From: Squalus acanthias
Taxonomy: Eukaryota
Length of the DNA: 64,000 nucleotides
Assembly (NCBI GenBank): GCA_030390025.1
Contig: CM059432.1
Coordinates: 98,210,001 to 98,274,000 of the forward strand
Direction of reading: 5' to 3'
The notes beneath the pieces are model-generated. The model had not been told where the DNA came from and made no database searches. It saw only the letters and a list, made by a program, of their open reading frames with translations. The position numbers and the translations under genes were made by a program. Below are positions 38,609-49,469 of the stretch, piece after piece. How positions within the stretch are numbered: position 1 is the stretch's first letter; each line of letters begins with the position of its first letter.

Positions 38609-40344
38609 CTACATCGAGGGTGAACTCCTTCCCGTGCGCCCTTCCCCCCTTCTTACCCTACTGCTCCTCCACAATGGGACCTCAGTGGCTGCAGCAAGGC
38701 TGGTGGAAGGCTGCTGACTGTCAGGCCCTGACAATGCAGATGCCCTTGAGGGACGGCCTCGACCAGTTCTGGGCCTGGAGGGCCCGGCTGCAGACTGCAC
38801 CAACTCTGCATGGGCGGCAGCAGTCTGTCCTACAGGCAGTGGCAACTGCAGTGGAGAAGTGACAGTGGTGGCAGCAGGAATGCTGTCATCTTGAGCGAGG
38901 ACAGCAACTCCCTGCTCGACCGGCACACTGGCACTCCCACGGGGCAGCACCTCAGCATCCGGAGCAATCTGCTGGAGCACAGATTGCTGGCCTGCTGCGG
39001 CGCGGTGAGAGCCCCGGGGAAATGTGAACGAACCAGCGAGGATGGCAGCAGACAGTGCTCACGTGACCTCAATCTGAGTCTGCATGAGAGCAGTCTGAGA
39101 TTGAATTGCAGCACTGAGCTTCAGTGTCGCATCCGCCTGCGCTGCAGCGAAGTGCTCCACACTCCTTGCCAGTGCTTCAATGCATTCGGGCACCCTACCC
39201 ACTGCAGCCATGAGCTCAGTGTGCATGCCCACCGCCTGGGTGTTCATTTCAGCGATCAGCCGCTCCTCCTCTGCGTCCAGTGCAGCAGGACTCGCTGGCA
39301 TACTCTCCCTCCGGGGAGAAGGCCCCCGAGCTTCCCTACCCCCATCGCGTTGCTGCAGCCCGCTGGGTCCTGGAGCTTCACCCTCATCAGACCCTTTCCC
39401 CCTGCTCCCCTCCAGGGAAGGCGTGTTCCCAGTGTCGGCATGGGCTTCCTCGGGAAAGGGTGGCACTGATGCTCCGGCTTCCTCTTCCTCCTCGGCTGAA
39501 GCTTCACTCCCACTGGCAGCTTCAGGGCCCATCTCCTCAGCTGGTGAATCACCATCTGAAAGCAGGGAGGTACAAGAGTGGCTTTAGCGTGAGGACAGGG
39601 TGGCAGTAAGGGAGGAATAAGTGCAGCGAGTTAGTAAGTTGGATTGAAAGTGTCAAAGGCTGGTGTTGTGAGGGACAAGTGGAAGGACAGAGGACAAAAA
39701 GGTGATGACCTTACCATTGCTGTCCAGAACGGGGTCGGCGTCTCCAGTGGCGACGGGACCGATCACCCGGCTTGCCACAATCCTGTGGACGCGCTCCTCA
39801 AGATCGCTGAGGGGTTGCAGCTGAGGCCGCCCTCCACCCGTCCGTTGCTGCTGTCTCCTATTATGCGCCAGCTTGGCCTGCAAGAAAAAGGACGGCGTCT
39901 GAGTAAATATACAGCCATGGTCTTGCCTGATGTGCCTCCCATAGGTGAATAGCCCTTACTGTATGCAAAGTATGGAATGTGTGTGTGTGCTTCATGAAAG
40001 GGCCATAGGTGTTGGATGAGTGTTGTTAATTGTGGTTTTAAGACCCTCTGGACAGAGAGTGAGGTTGAGACGGAGGGATGGAGAGGTATTGCAAACAAGC
40101 CACTCACCCTGACGACCCGAGTGAGGTCGTTGAACTTTTTCCGGCATTGGACATGGGTCCTGGGCACCATGCTCCTGGAGGAGACGCGCTGAGCCACCTC
40201 CCTCCACACTCTTCTGTAGTCGCGCGGCAAAGGCCTCCTGCCACTCTCTGGGTACAGTATTGGTCTTCGGCGCTCCACCGCGCCAACCAGAGCATCCAAG
40301 GCCCGCTCGGTGAAGCGCTCAGCTCATTCTCTCACCCTTTCCAT
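38609..40344 (-). pseudogene. Harbinger Myb/SANT-like DNA-binding protein gene (family A), exons 40344-40108, 39877-39715, 39555-38609
   Basis: WREVAQRVSSRSMVPRTHVQCRKKFNDLTRVVR|GTGAGT; canonical GT-AG sites keep the frame; in-frame TGA at codon 6 and at 39059-39061. Confidence 0.87.
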
Positions 40345-40704
40345 CCTTGGCTGGAAAATGGATTCACAGGTCTCTCCAGGCCGAGATTCAAGGCTGCAAT
40401 GAGCAGGGTGTGGCTGGGGAGCAAGATCGCTCCCCCCCCTTTAAGAACTGGCCGGCGCCAGTGTGTCTGTGTTCCCTCGCTAACTGGCAGCACCTGCGCT
40501 GTGCTCGCGCTCTGAGTTAGCGCCTCACTCCTCGGCCTTTGCGCCTTAAGACAGGTGTGCAGCGCCTGATTTAGCGCTCCAATCACCTCCCGGGGTGTTA
40601 AAAGTGAAGTTTCCAGTCAGTGGCGATAATTAGCGCCAGGCACTCATTTTTGCGCCCGGACGATATTTGCGCCCCAAATGGGGCGCGACTGAATTTTTCC
40701 CCCC

Positions 40705-41246
40705 AAGTATTTTAAATGAGAGGTGAGAGGGGTTGAATAAAGTGAGATGCTCAAAGGAGGAGAAACTGCCGGAGGAATAGGGGGACAGACCAAGGTGCGA
40801 TTTGGTGATGAGAGCCACACCACCACCACGGCGGTCTGAGCGGGGCAGGTGGTGGAAGGTATAGCCAGGTGGGGAGGCTTCATTTAAGGGTAAGGTGTCA
40901 TCACCCCTCAACCAAGTTTCCGTCAGGGCCATGATGTCGATGCAATCATCCACAATATACTCATGGATGGCAAGGGTCTTGTTTGCAAGTGAACGGACAG
41001 TCTGGAGGGAGATGCAGAGAGGGTCGGTGATGGCTGCCCCCCTGCCAGCATCCACAGGGTCAGCGCTGGAGGGGATGAGTTGGATGGGGAAGAGATTGGC
41101 AAGATTTGCCCCCAGTGGGCGCGCAGGGCGGGAACGTCGGCGAGAGAGTGGGATGGGACAGTTGAGGTTGCTGCTCGTAAGGCGGCAGCGAAGAGTACCT
41201 CGAAGGGCACTTCGTAGGATGCCAAGAGAGGCACAGAGGGAAGCTT
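40705..41246 (-). mobile_element. L2 LINE 5' part (APE endonuclease start), continuation of 34791-36787
   Basis: LQTVRSLANK...IDIMALTETWL...RGGGVALI in ORF 40630-41547. Confidence 0.88.
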
Positions 41247-41318
41247 GGATGAGTTTTTCACGGATAGCCTGGCCAGAAAGGGCCAGTCTAGTTTGACTCC
41301 TCCCTTCCTCTTCCTCCC

Positions 41319-41355
<37 letters not shown>

Positions 41356-42550
41356 CTCCTGCTCCTCAGCTGGTTGCCATGTAGCTGGTGGCCAGGGCTG
41401 TGCCCTTATGATAGCGACCAGCATGCAGCAGACCACCATGAATGTTGACACACACTCTGCCGAGTACTGCAGGGCTCCCCTAGAGCGGTCCAGGCAGCGG
41501 AAGCATTGTTTCAGCATGCCACAAAAGGCATCAAGGGGTATGGGCAAAGTGCGGAATCTGGTATTGAGATAGAGGATCAGCCATGATCATATTGAATGGC
41601 GGAGCAGGCTCGAAGGGCCTATTTGTCTACACCTGCTCCTATTTTTCTATGTTTCTATGTTTTTTCTATGCCAAGGGTGCGCTCTATCAGATTTTGTGTG
41701 GCAGCATGGCATTCATTTTATGCATGCTGTGTACGTGTGCGTGGGTTGCGAACCGCAGTCATGAGCCATTTTGTCAGTGGATAGCCCTTGTCGCCCAGTA
41801 GCCAGCCTTCGGTATGGCGTGATAGCTCAAATGCTGATGACACAGCAGACTGTTGCAGAATGAGCGCATCATAACTGCTGCCAGGATACCGGGCATTGAC
41901 CTGCATGATTCGTTGAGTATTTTCACACACTAGCTGGACACTGCTGGAGTGGAATCCCTTTCAGTTCCGGTACATGTCAGAGTTGACATGCAGCGCCCGC
42001 AAAGTGACGTGAGTGGAGTCAATGGCACCCTGCACCATGGGGAAGCCTGAAATCCTAGCGAAGCTGCCTGCTCACTCTCCCTGATGGTATCTGGCAAGAG
42101 GAATGAAATGTAGTCAACTGTATTTGAATACAGAGCCTCAATGACCTCCCTTACGTAACAGTGGATGGCAAACTGTGAGATGTTACAAATATCTCCAGCC
42201 CCAGCCTAGAAGGAGCCCGATGCACAAAAGTTCATGGCCACGGTCACCTTCACAGTCACTGGCAATGGGGTCCTCGTCCTGCTCTGAGGTTGCAGTTGTG
42301 GCTGCAGCAGGTGTCAGGTTTCAGTGGTGATGTCCTTACAGAAGCGTAGACATCTCACAAATTCTTCCTCGGTGAGTTTAAGGTAGGAGACTTGCTCCCT
42401 GAACACCCTGCGTGGATATGGCCTCCTGATCAGAGCCCTTCGCCACCTCCTCCTCCTCCCTCTTACAGCAGCTTATCCTGCTCTGCAAGGCCTCTGTTCA
42501 TTCTCCAAATCATGCTGTATTCCAAGAGGAATCCCTATCATTGCACCCAT
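41247..42550 (-). pseudogene. Harbinger family C transposase pseudogene
   Basis: GFPMVQGAIDSTHV, YPGSSYDALIL, WLLGDKGYPL, LKQCFRCLD, poly-Glu; frameshifts and a CR1 tail insertion. Confidence 0.88.
41520..41668 (+). mobile_element. CR1 3'-tail fragment inserted in the transposase pseudogene
   Basis: GATCAGCCATGATCATATTGAATGGCGGAGCAGGCTCGAAGGGCC...(TTTCTATG)n. Confidence 0.85.
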
Positions 42551-43064
42551 GTCTGTCAGCAAGTGGTTTGTGCAGAAGCCTTAATGTCAGGAAAAAGTCC
42601 TTCAGCACCTGTCACATCCCTCCCTGCAGACTTTAGCAACTTTAAACAACTATAGAAAGCACCAAACACTTGTAGAATCATAGCAACAGCTAGTAGAAAT
42701 CAATCAGCAACTAACCTGTATGTAGGTAATGATCCCTTTAAATAGCATCAGTGGGGGGGTCCTACTGCTGAAGAACGCGTGTTAAGCTGTGCAAGCTTTT
42801 GAGAGGGCATTAGCTGGAGCGTTGAGCTCCAAAATGGCAGCGCTGGCATCAAATCAGTGTTGCATGCTGATTGATGTCATGAACTGCCTACTCTGTATAC
42901 TTCTGGTGAAAGCTCACTGCACGCGCTAACACCCTCACCAATATGGCGTCCGCCACGACTCAGACCAGGAGTGTGCATGCACGCTGTGGACGCTATTTTG
43001 TACCTCTCAGGGCACTCATAGCACCCAAAAAACGGGCGATACGGATCTGAATTTTGCGCCCTGC

Positions 43065-43567
43065 TTGTCTGACGTAATCAAGGAGAGCAAGCATGTATTT
43101 GTTAAAGGTAAATCATGACTGACTACCTTTATTGAATTCTTTGATGAGGTAACACAGAAGGTTGATCAAGGTAGTGTAGTAGATGTATATATGGATTTTC
43201 GGAAAGCATTTGACAAAGTGCCTCACAGGAGGCTTATTAAGAAGATAGAATTAAAGGGAAAGTGGCAGTGTGGATACAAAATTGCCTCAGTGACAGGAAG
43301 CAATGGGTGGTGGTGGATGGATGTTTTTCAGACTGGGAGGTGGTTTGCAGTGGTGTGCCCCAAGGATCAGTTTTGGGTCCAGTACTCTTTGCAATTTTTA
43401 TCAACAACCTAGAATCGGGTGTAGGGAGCAGCATTATGAAGTTTGCAGATGATGTGAAACTTGGCAAAGTAGCAGATCATAATGTGGATAGTTATAGACT
43501 TCAGGATGACATAGACAAGATGGTGTATGCTTCCCTGCTGTATGTTTCTATGATTCTATGATTCTAT
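43065..43567 (+). mobile_element. CR1 LINE RT fragment with tail
   Basis: MDFRKAFDKVPH, GVPQGSVLGP, FADD; (ATGATTCT)n tail. Confidence 0.88.
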
Positions 43568-44395
43568 CCAGTATTGGATGAGCAGAAATTTCCTCCAACT
43601 AAATATTGGGAAGATCGAAGCAATTGTCTTCGGTCCCTGCCACAAACTCTGTTCCCTAGCCACCGACTCCATCAATCTCCCTGGAACTGTCTGAGGCTGA
43701 ACCAGACTGTTTGCATCCTTGGTGGTGTATTTGACCCCAAGATGAGCTCCTGACCATATATCCGCGTCATCACCAAGATCGCCCATTTCCACCTCCATAA
43801 CATCAACTGCCTCCGCCCCTGCCTCAGCTCATCTGCTGCTGAAACCCTCATCCATGTCTTTGTTTCCTCTAGACTTGACTATTTCAACGCACTCCTGCTG
43901 GCCTCCCATCTTCCACCCTGCATAAACTTAAGGTCATCCAAATCTCAGCTGCCCATATCCTAAAGCTCGCGGACCTACATTGGCTCCCGCTTAAGCAATG
44001 CCTCAATTTTAAAATTCTCTTCCTTGTTTTCAAATCCCTCCATGGCCTCGCCCCTCCCTATCTCTGTAACCTCTTCCAGCCCCACAACCCTCCGAGATAG
44101 CTGTGCTCCTCTAATTCTGGCCTCTTGTGCATCCCCAATTTTAATCGTTCCACCATTGGCCGTGCCTTCAGCTGCTGAGGCCCTAAGCTCTGAAATTCCC
44201 TCCCTAAACCTCTCTACCTTTCTTTCCTCCTTTAAGACGCCCCTTAAAACCTACCTCTTTGACCAAGCTTTTGGTCATCTGCCCTAATATCTCCTTATTT
44301 GGCTCGGTGTCAAATTTTATAGACAATGCGCCTGTGAAGTGCCTTGGGACGTTTTACTACATTAAAGGCACTATATAAACGCAAGTTGTTGTTGA
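43568..44395 (+). mobile_element. L2 LINE 3' part
   Basis: Paralogous to 9095-9900; ends GCAAGTTGTTGTTG. Confidence 0.88.
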
Positions 44396-44469
44396 CATAT
44401 CTGTTCACTCACATCACTTACAGCACTGTTAGCATGTTGCTGGCTTCTGCTGCTCTTTCTGTAGGTCCA

Positions 44470-44999
44470 GGTGGTAGAAATTAGTCTGGGTTGTGTGCGG
44501 CTGAAGCAAGAGGCCTGAGGATCAATGGAAATTTGTCCTCGGGCCTCGTTTGAATGATTGGGGCAGCTCAGCCAACGAAATGCATCAATTTCAGGCCACC
44601 TACCTGTCGGCAGTAGCCTTCAAGTAAGTCCTGAAAGGGTTGAGGAAGACTCCTACTCCACCTGGCTCCACTGAAAGCTGTTTCTTAGATAAATAGAATT
44701 AAATACTTATCTTTGGTGGCGGCCACAGGGGCCATGGGGGCCATTGTCATTTCCTGAGCAGGGAAGGCCTGATCCTTGCTTCACACATCAGTGACTATGT
44801 TTTCGAAGGGATAAATTAGGGGCCCAATGCCCTATGTTAGGTGTTCGCCTGAGACGCCTAAAAATGGGCCCCACTAATTTGGCAGTGGGACCAACGCTGG
44901 CACAGGTTGAGTACAGGCCAACCCAATGCTAAATTGGTATGCTTTACGCCCATTTTATGCCCTAAAAACAGGCTCAACGCATAACAAATTTCTATGCCC
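44470..44999. mobile_element. Putative non-autonomous TIR element (Harbinger-like)
   Basis: Imperfect TIRs GGTAGAAATT / AAATTTCTATGCCC. Confidence 0.5.
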
Positions 45000-45445
45000 T
45001 AGACTCTTCTCTTAGTAATCTGGTTCTGACTTGATCATCTATCATATTTATTATAATTCTTTCTTTCATGAGGCTGTCTACAAGAGAGCTGTACCTACTT
45101 TTCTGTAAATATACTATATATCGACGAATAATTTCTTCTTGAGTTGATACATGGTATTAACCAATTGCCTTTTTATGCATAATATTCTTCTGAGGTGTGA
45201 AATAATCCTCAGACTTGTCCATTAATACCTTTAGATTCCATTATTCCTGTCACACACCATATGTAAATACATTTCATACCTCCAATGCTTCCTTATTATC
45301 ATATACAGTAAAGTATTGACCTGTACCTTATCTATTTAGTCTCCTGAACCTGTTGTTGTTCCAAATACTTCAAAATGTTGTCTCCATGTTACACGATATT
45401 TCCTTCTAGTCTCAAATGAGCTGGGAGCTTAGAACTTCTATTTCT
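45000..45445 (-). pseudogene. Decayed Gypsy-like gag remnant
   Basis: Minus strand reads across frameshifts LEGN...WRQHFEV...KVQVNTLLY...EDYFTPQKNI...DSLMKERII...RLLREE. Confidence 0.55.
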
Positions 45446-45475
45446 ATCCCCATTCCGACACTAACCTAAAAAAAA

Positions 45476-45932
45476 AACTTGCATTTATAATGCGCCTTTC
45501 ACGACTTCAGGATGTCCAAAGCACTTTACAGACAATTAAGTACTTTTTGAAGTGGAGTCACTGTTGTAATGTAGGAAACACGGCAGCCAATTTGCACATA
45601 GCAAGTTCCCACAAACAGCAATGTGATAATGACCAGATAATTTTTTTTTAGTAATATTGATTGAAGGATAAATATTGGCCAGGACACCAGGAATAACTCC
45701 CCTGCTCTTCTTTGAAATAATGCCATGGGATCTTTTACGTCCGCCTGAGAGAGAGGACAATGCCTTGGTTTAACACCTCATCCGAAACACAGCACCTCCA
45801 ACAGTGCAGCACTCCCTCAGTACTGCACTGGAGTATCAGCCTAGATTTTTGTGCTCAAGTCTCTGGAGTGGGACTTGAACCCACAACCTTCTGACTCAAA
45901 GGCAAGAGTGCTACCAACTGAGTCACAGCTAA
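45476..45932 (-). mobile_element. Full-length tRNA-derived Deu-domain SINE with an L2-like 3' tail
   Basis: Head TGACTCAGTTGGTAGC...GGTTCAAGTCCC; same core as 15053-15407; tail ...GTGAAAGGCGCATTATAAATGCAAG resembles the L2 3' ends in this window. Confidence 0.85.
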
Positions 45933-46954
45933 CATGCAAACCAAATTTGTAGACCATGTAAATAACAACTTTCTGTAGACTGCAGCATGTCTTGAACTTT
46001 ACTCAAAATATCTGCTCATATGTCAACACATCTGTGATCACTGGATGGGTCGATACAACTTTTTATATATCATCAGAATGTGATCTGAATATTAGGCACT
46101 TCTCAATCTTCATTGAACCAATTTTCACAAATATTAAACACTTTGCAGCTGTCGTAAGGAACTTTCTTAAATTTACTTCAGTTAAGTGCTTCATTAGCTG
46201 CTCAAGAAACATTATGTAAGGTTTCCAAAATTTGCAGATCCTCAAAACCTAAGGAAAAAGGACTCGCGAAGACTGACCAGAGACCCAGGTGAAGTCCTCT
46301 ACCGCGTATGGGGTACGGCAGACACTAACTGCCATAAACAGCGAACCCCAAAACTGCGATTTAGCCCAACTGTCAAAGGATTGGTGAGCATCATCCCTGA
46401 TCCTGCAAAACCTAACTTAGTTGGAAAAGTGGGGTTGGGAAGGGTGAAGTATTGTTCTACTGTCATTTCCCTCGCTTGTACCAAAGTGTTCCCCACCTTA
46501 AGAGTGATAAGAGTGTTATTATTTGTGTCTTACCTTTTAATAAAGATTAAAGTTCTTTCATCAAACTCAGTTGTCTGCTGCACCTTTTGTATCACAACCC
46601 CCAAATAAGTCCAAGGTCTAGAACCAAGGGAGTGGAAGCGATTCGAACCGCTCAGAAATCAGAGGTAAAGCTGACACAAAAACACCACCCCCTACAATTA
46701 AAGGATCATTATTACATTATGATTGGCTGCCAGTTTTCTATTCCTGCTAACACAGCCACCTTCTCAGGAATTGCATGGTTCAACTCCATAAACTAATTCT
46801 TCATCCTGTTCTCCCTTTGAGCACATTGGAAGTAAAATATCATTAAATTTACTCTTCTATCTGTTTGTTTCTTTCTAACTACATAGACTGTAAATGAAGG
46901 GAAACTGTTGTGAAATGTAATTATGTAGTATGGAAAGAACATATACTAGTCGTC

Positions 46955-47172
46955 TTCTTCTTAGGCAGTCCCTTGGAACCGAGGATGACTTGCTTCCACA
47001 TTAAAAATGAGTTCGCAGGTGACTGAAGAGTCCAATGCTGGACCTACAGTCTCTGTCACAGGTGGGGCAGACAGTGGTTGAAGGGGCGGGTGGGTGGGGT
47101 GCTTGGGTTGACGTGTGCTCCTTGCGCTGCCTGCGCTTGGCTTCCGCTTGCTCCCGGCGAAGAGACTCGCAG
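46955..47172 (-). mobile_element. RTE LINE 3'-end fragment
   Basis: Reverse complement of ~32815-33023. Confidence 0.85.
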
Positions 47173-47262
47173 AGGTCACTATGTAAACATATGATACTGT
47201 AAAGAGTATAGGGCCTGGTCTAAAGAGACCACGAAACAGTAAATACAGATTTTTAAAAAATA

Positions 47263-47432
47263 ATTCTTGGGATGTGGGCGTCATTGGCAAGGCCAGCATT
47301 TATTGCCCATCTCTAGTTGCCCTTGAGAAGGTGGTGGTGAGCCGCCGCCTTGAACCGCTGCAGTCCATGTGGTGAAGGTACTCCCACAGTGCTGTTAGGG
47401 AGGGAGTTCCAGGATTTTGACCCAGAAACAAT
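47263..47432 (-). mobile_element. 3' tail fragment of the APE-RT LINE family
   Basis: Matches ~18415-18580. Confidence 0.85.
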
Positions 47433-48382
47433 GACAGATTTATTTGATCCTTGTCATGAAAATGGTACTACATGTAAAACTCTGAACCCATGTGATTTCA
47501 GTATAAGCTCTAATGCTTTCTTGTTCTGTTTGTCTTAATGAATTGCTTTAGTCCTATCAACTACCTCCAGTGCTCTCCCTGAATCTGGAAAAAGGTAAGA
47601 GATCCAGTCGTGTCGGATGGCGAGCTCTGGGCCTCCGTGACACAAACATGATCAGGAAGTAGTGGCCCATACATCATTGAGAAACCTTTTCATTGAATGG
47701 AAACTAATTAAGGGTAATAATCAAATTTGTAACTGGGTACGTGAAGTTAATCATTAAATGCTGGGCTCCCACTGAGAAAAATGAAAGTAAAATGAAAGGC
47801 ACTTTATTGCAAATTGCACGATACAGCTATCTAATAACATTCTAAAACATGTGGTTGTATTAATGACTGACCACCTCAAGGCAAAGGTTGAAAGTAATTA
47901 CTTCACATTAAAAAAAGATAACACACATACATAAGTAAGCAGTCAGGAATTTGCTGTTATTAATGAAATGCAGAATGCTGCTCTCAGTTGGATACACAAA
48001 CAGACTACTAATTAGACAGCTTAAGCTTCTCATAAATGAAACCCCAACATCGCATGGAAAATGCCTGCTGCTAATACTGCGAATCGGCTTGACCATACAG
48101 CTCAAGTAAACAAGATCAACAACAACAACATACATTTATATAACAGTCTTCACATAAAAGCATTGAATCAGAGTGCATTTGTCATTGTACCAGGGAAAGG
48201 TGGACATTGGGCAAAATGAAGGAATTTATTGGTCAAGGACACTAAAGGCAAAAGGGGTCATGTTCACAATTCTGGCAGGGATATTGACTATTCAGATGTG
48301 CACTGACATGATTTCCTGACCATTTAACATAATGGTTGGAAAATTGTGCAGACCACTGAAGCAAATTTCCGATATGTGCATT

Positions 48383-49460
48383 TTTTCATTCGTTCCTGGG
48401 ATGTGGGCATTGCTGGCAAGGCCAGCATTTATTGCCCATCCCTAATTGCCCTTGAGAAAGTGGTGGTGAGCAGCCTTCTTGAACCAGTGCAGTACAGTGA
48501 TGAAGGTACTCCCACAGTGCTGTTAGGGAGGGAGTTCCAGGATTTTGACCCAGTGACGATGAAGGAACGACAATATATTTCCAAGTCAGGATGGTGTGTG
48601 ACTTGGAGGGGAACTTGCAGGTGATGGTGTTCCCATACACCTGCTGCCCTTTTCCTTCTAGGTGGCAGAGTATTCCATCACACTCCTGACTTGTGCTTTG
48701 TAGTGGGTGGAAAGGCATTGGGGAGTCAGGAGGTGAGACACTCGCCAAAGAATACCCAGCCTCTGACCTGCTCTTGTAACCACAGTATTTATGTTGCCGA
48801 TCCAGTTAAGTTTCTGGTCAATGGTGACCCCCAGGATGTTGATGGTGGGGGATTTGGTGATGGTAATGCTGTTGAATGTCAAGGGGTGGTGGTTAGACTC
48901 TCTCTTGTTGGAGATAGTCATTGCCTGGCACTTGTGTGGCGCGAATGTTACTTGTCGCTTAACAGCCCAAGCTTGAATGTCGTCCAGGTCTTGCTGCATT
49001 CAGGCATGGACTGCTTCATTATCTTAATTGAGGGGTTGTGAATGGAACTGAACACTGTGCAATCATCAGCGAACATCCCCACGTCTGAACTTATGATTGA
49101 GGGAAGGTCATTGATGAAGCAGCTGAAGATGGTTGGACCTAGGGGCTGCCCTGAGGAACTCCTGCAGCGATGTCCAGGGTCTGTGTTGATTGGCCTCCAA
49201 CAACCACAACCATCTTCCTTTGTAGTAGGTATGACTCCAGCCAGTGAAGAGTTTCCCCCTGATTCCAATTGACTTCAATTTTACTAGGGCTCCTTGATGC
49301 CACACTCGGTCAAATGCTGCCTGGATGTCAAGGGTACTCACCCTCACCTCTGGGATTCTGCTCTTTTGTTCATGTTTGGACCAAGGCTGTAATGAGGTCT
49401 GCAGCCCAGTGGTCCTGGTGGAATCTAAACTGAGCATCGATTAGCAGACTATTGGTGATT
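48383..49460 (-). mobile_element. APE-RT LINE (same family as 15408-18590), 5'-truncated with an internal deletion
   Basis: LDIQAAFDRVWH, FADDCTV, QQDLDDIQAW. Confidence 0.9.
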
Positions 49461-49469
49461 AATCACCGC

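Larger units (their letters stand above)
36788..40704. mobile_element. Harbinger family A, copy 2: near-complete two-gene element lacking its transposase-side TIR
   Basis: Transposase (+) and Myb gene (-) are convergent; right TIR CTGAATTTTTCCCCCC ends at 40704; left ~150 bp missing compared with copy 1. Confidence 0.93.
29875..43062. mobile_element. Harbinger family C element, fragmented by nested insertions
   Basis: Myb-like pseudogene (+, 30068-31929) convergent with a transposase pseudogene (-, 41247-42550; last codons at ~34771-34790); TIR-like CTGAATTTTGCGCCC ends at 43062; Myb-side TIR not found. Confidence 0.72.
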
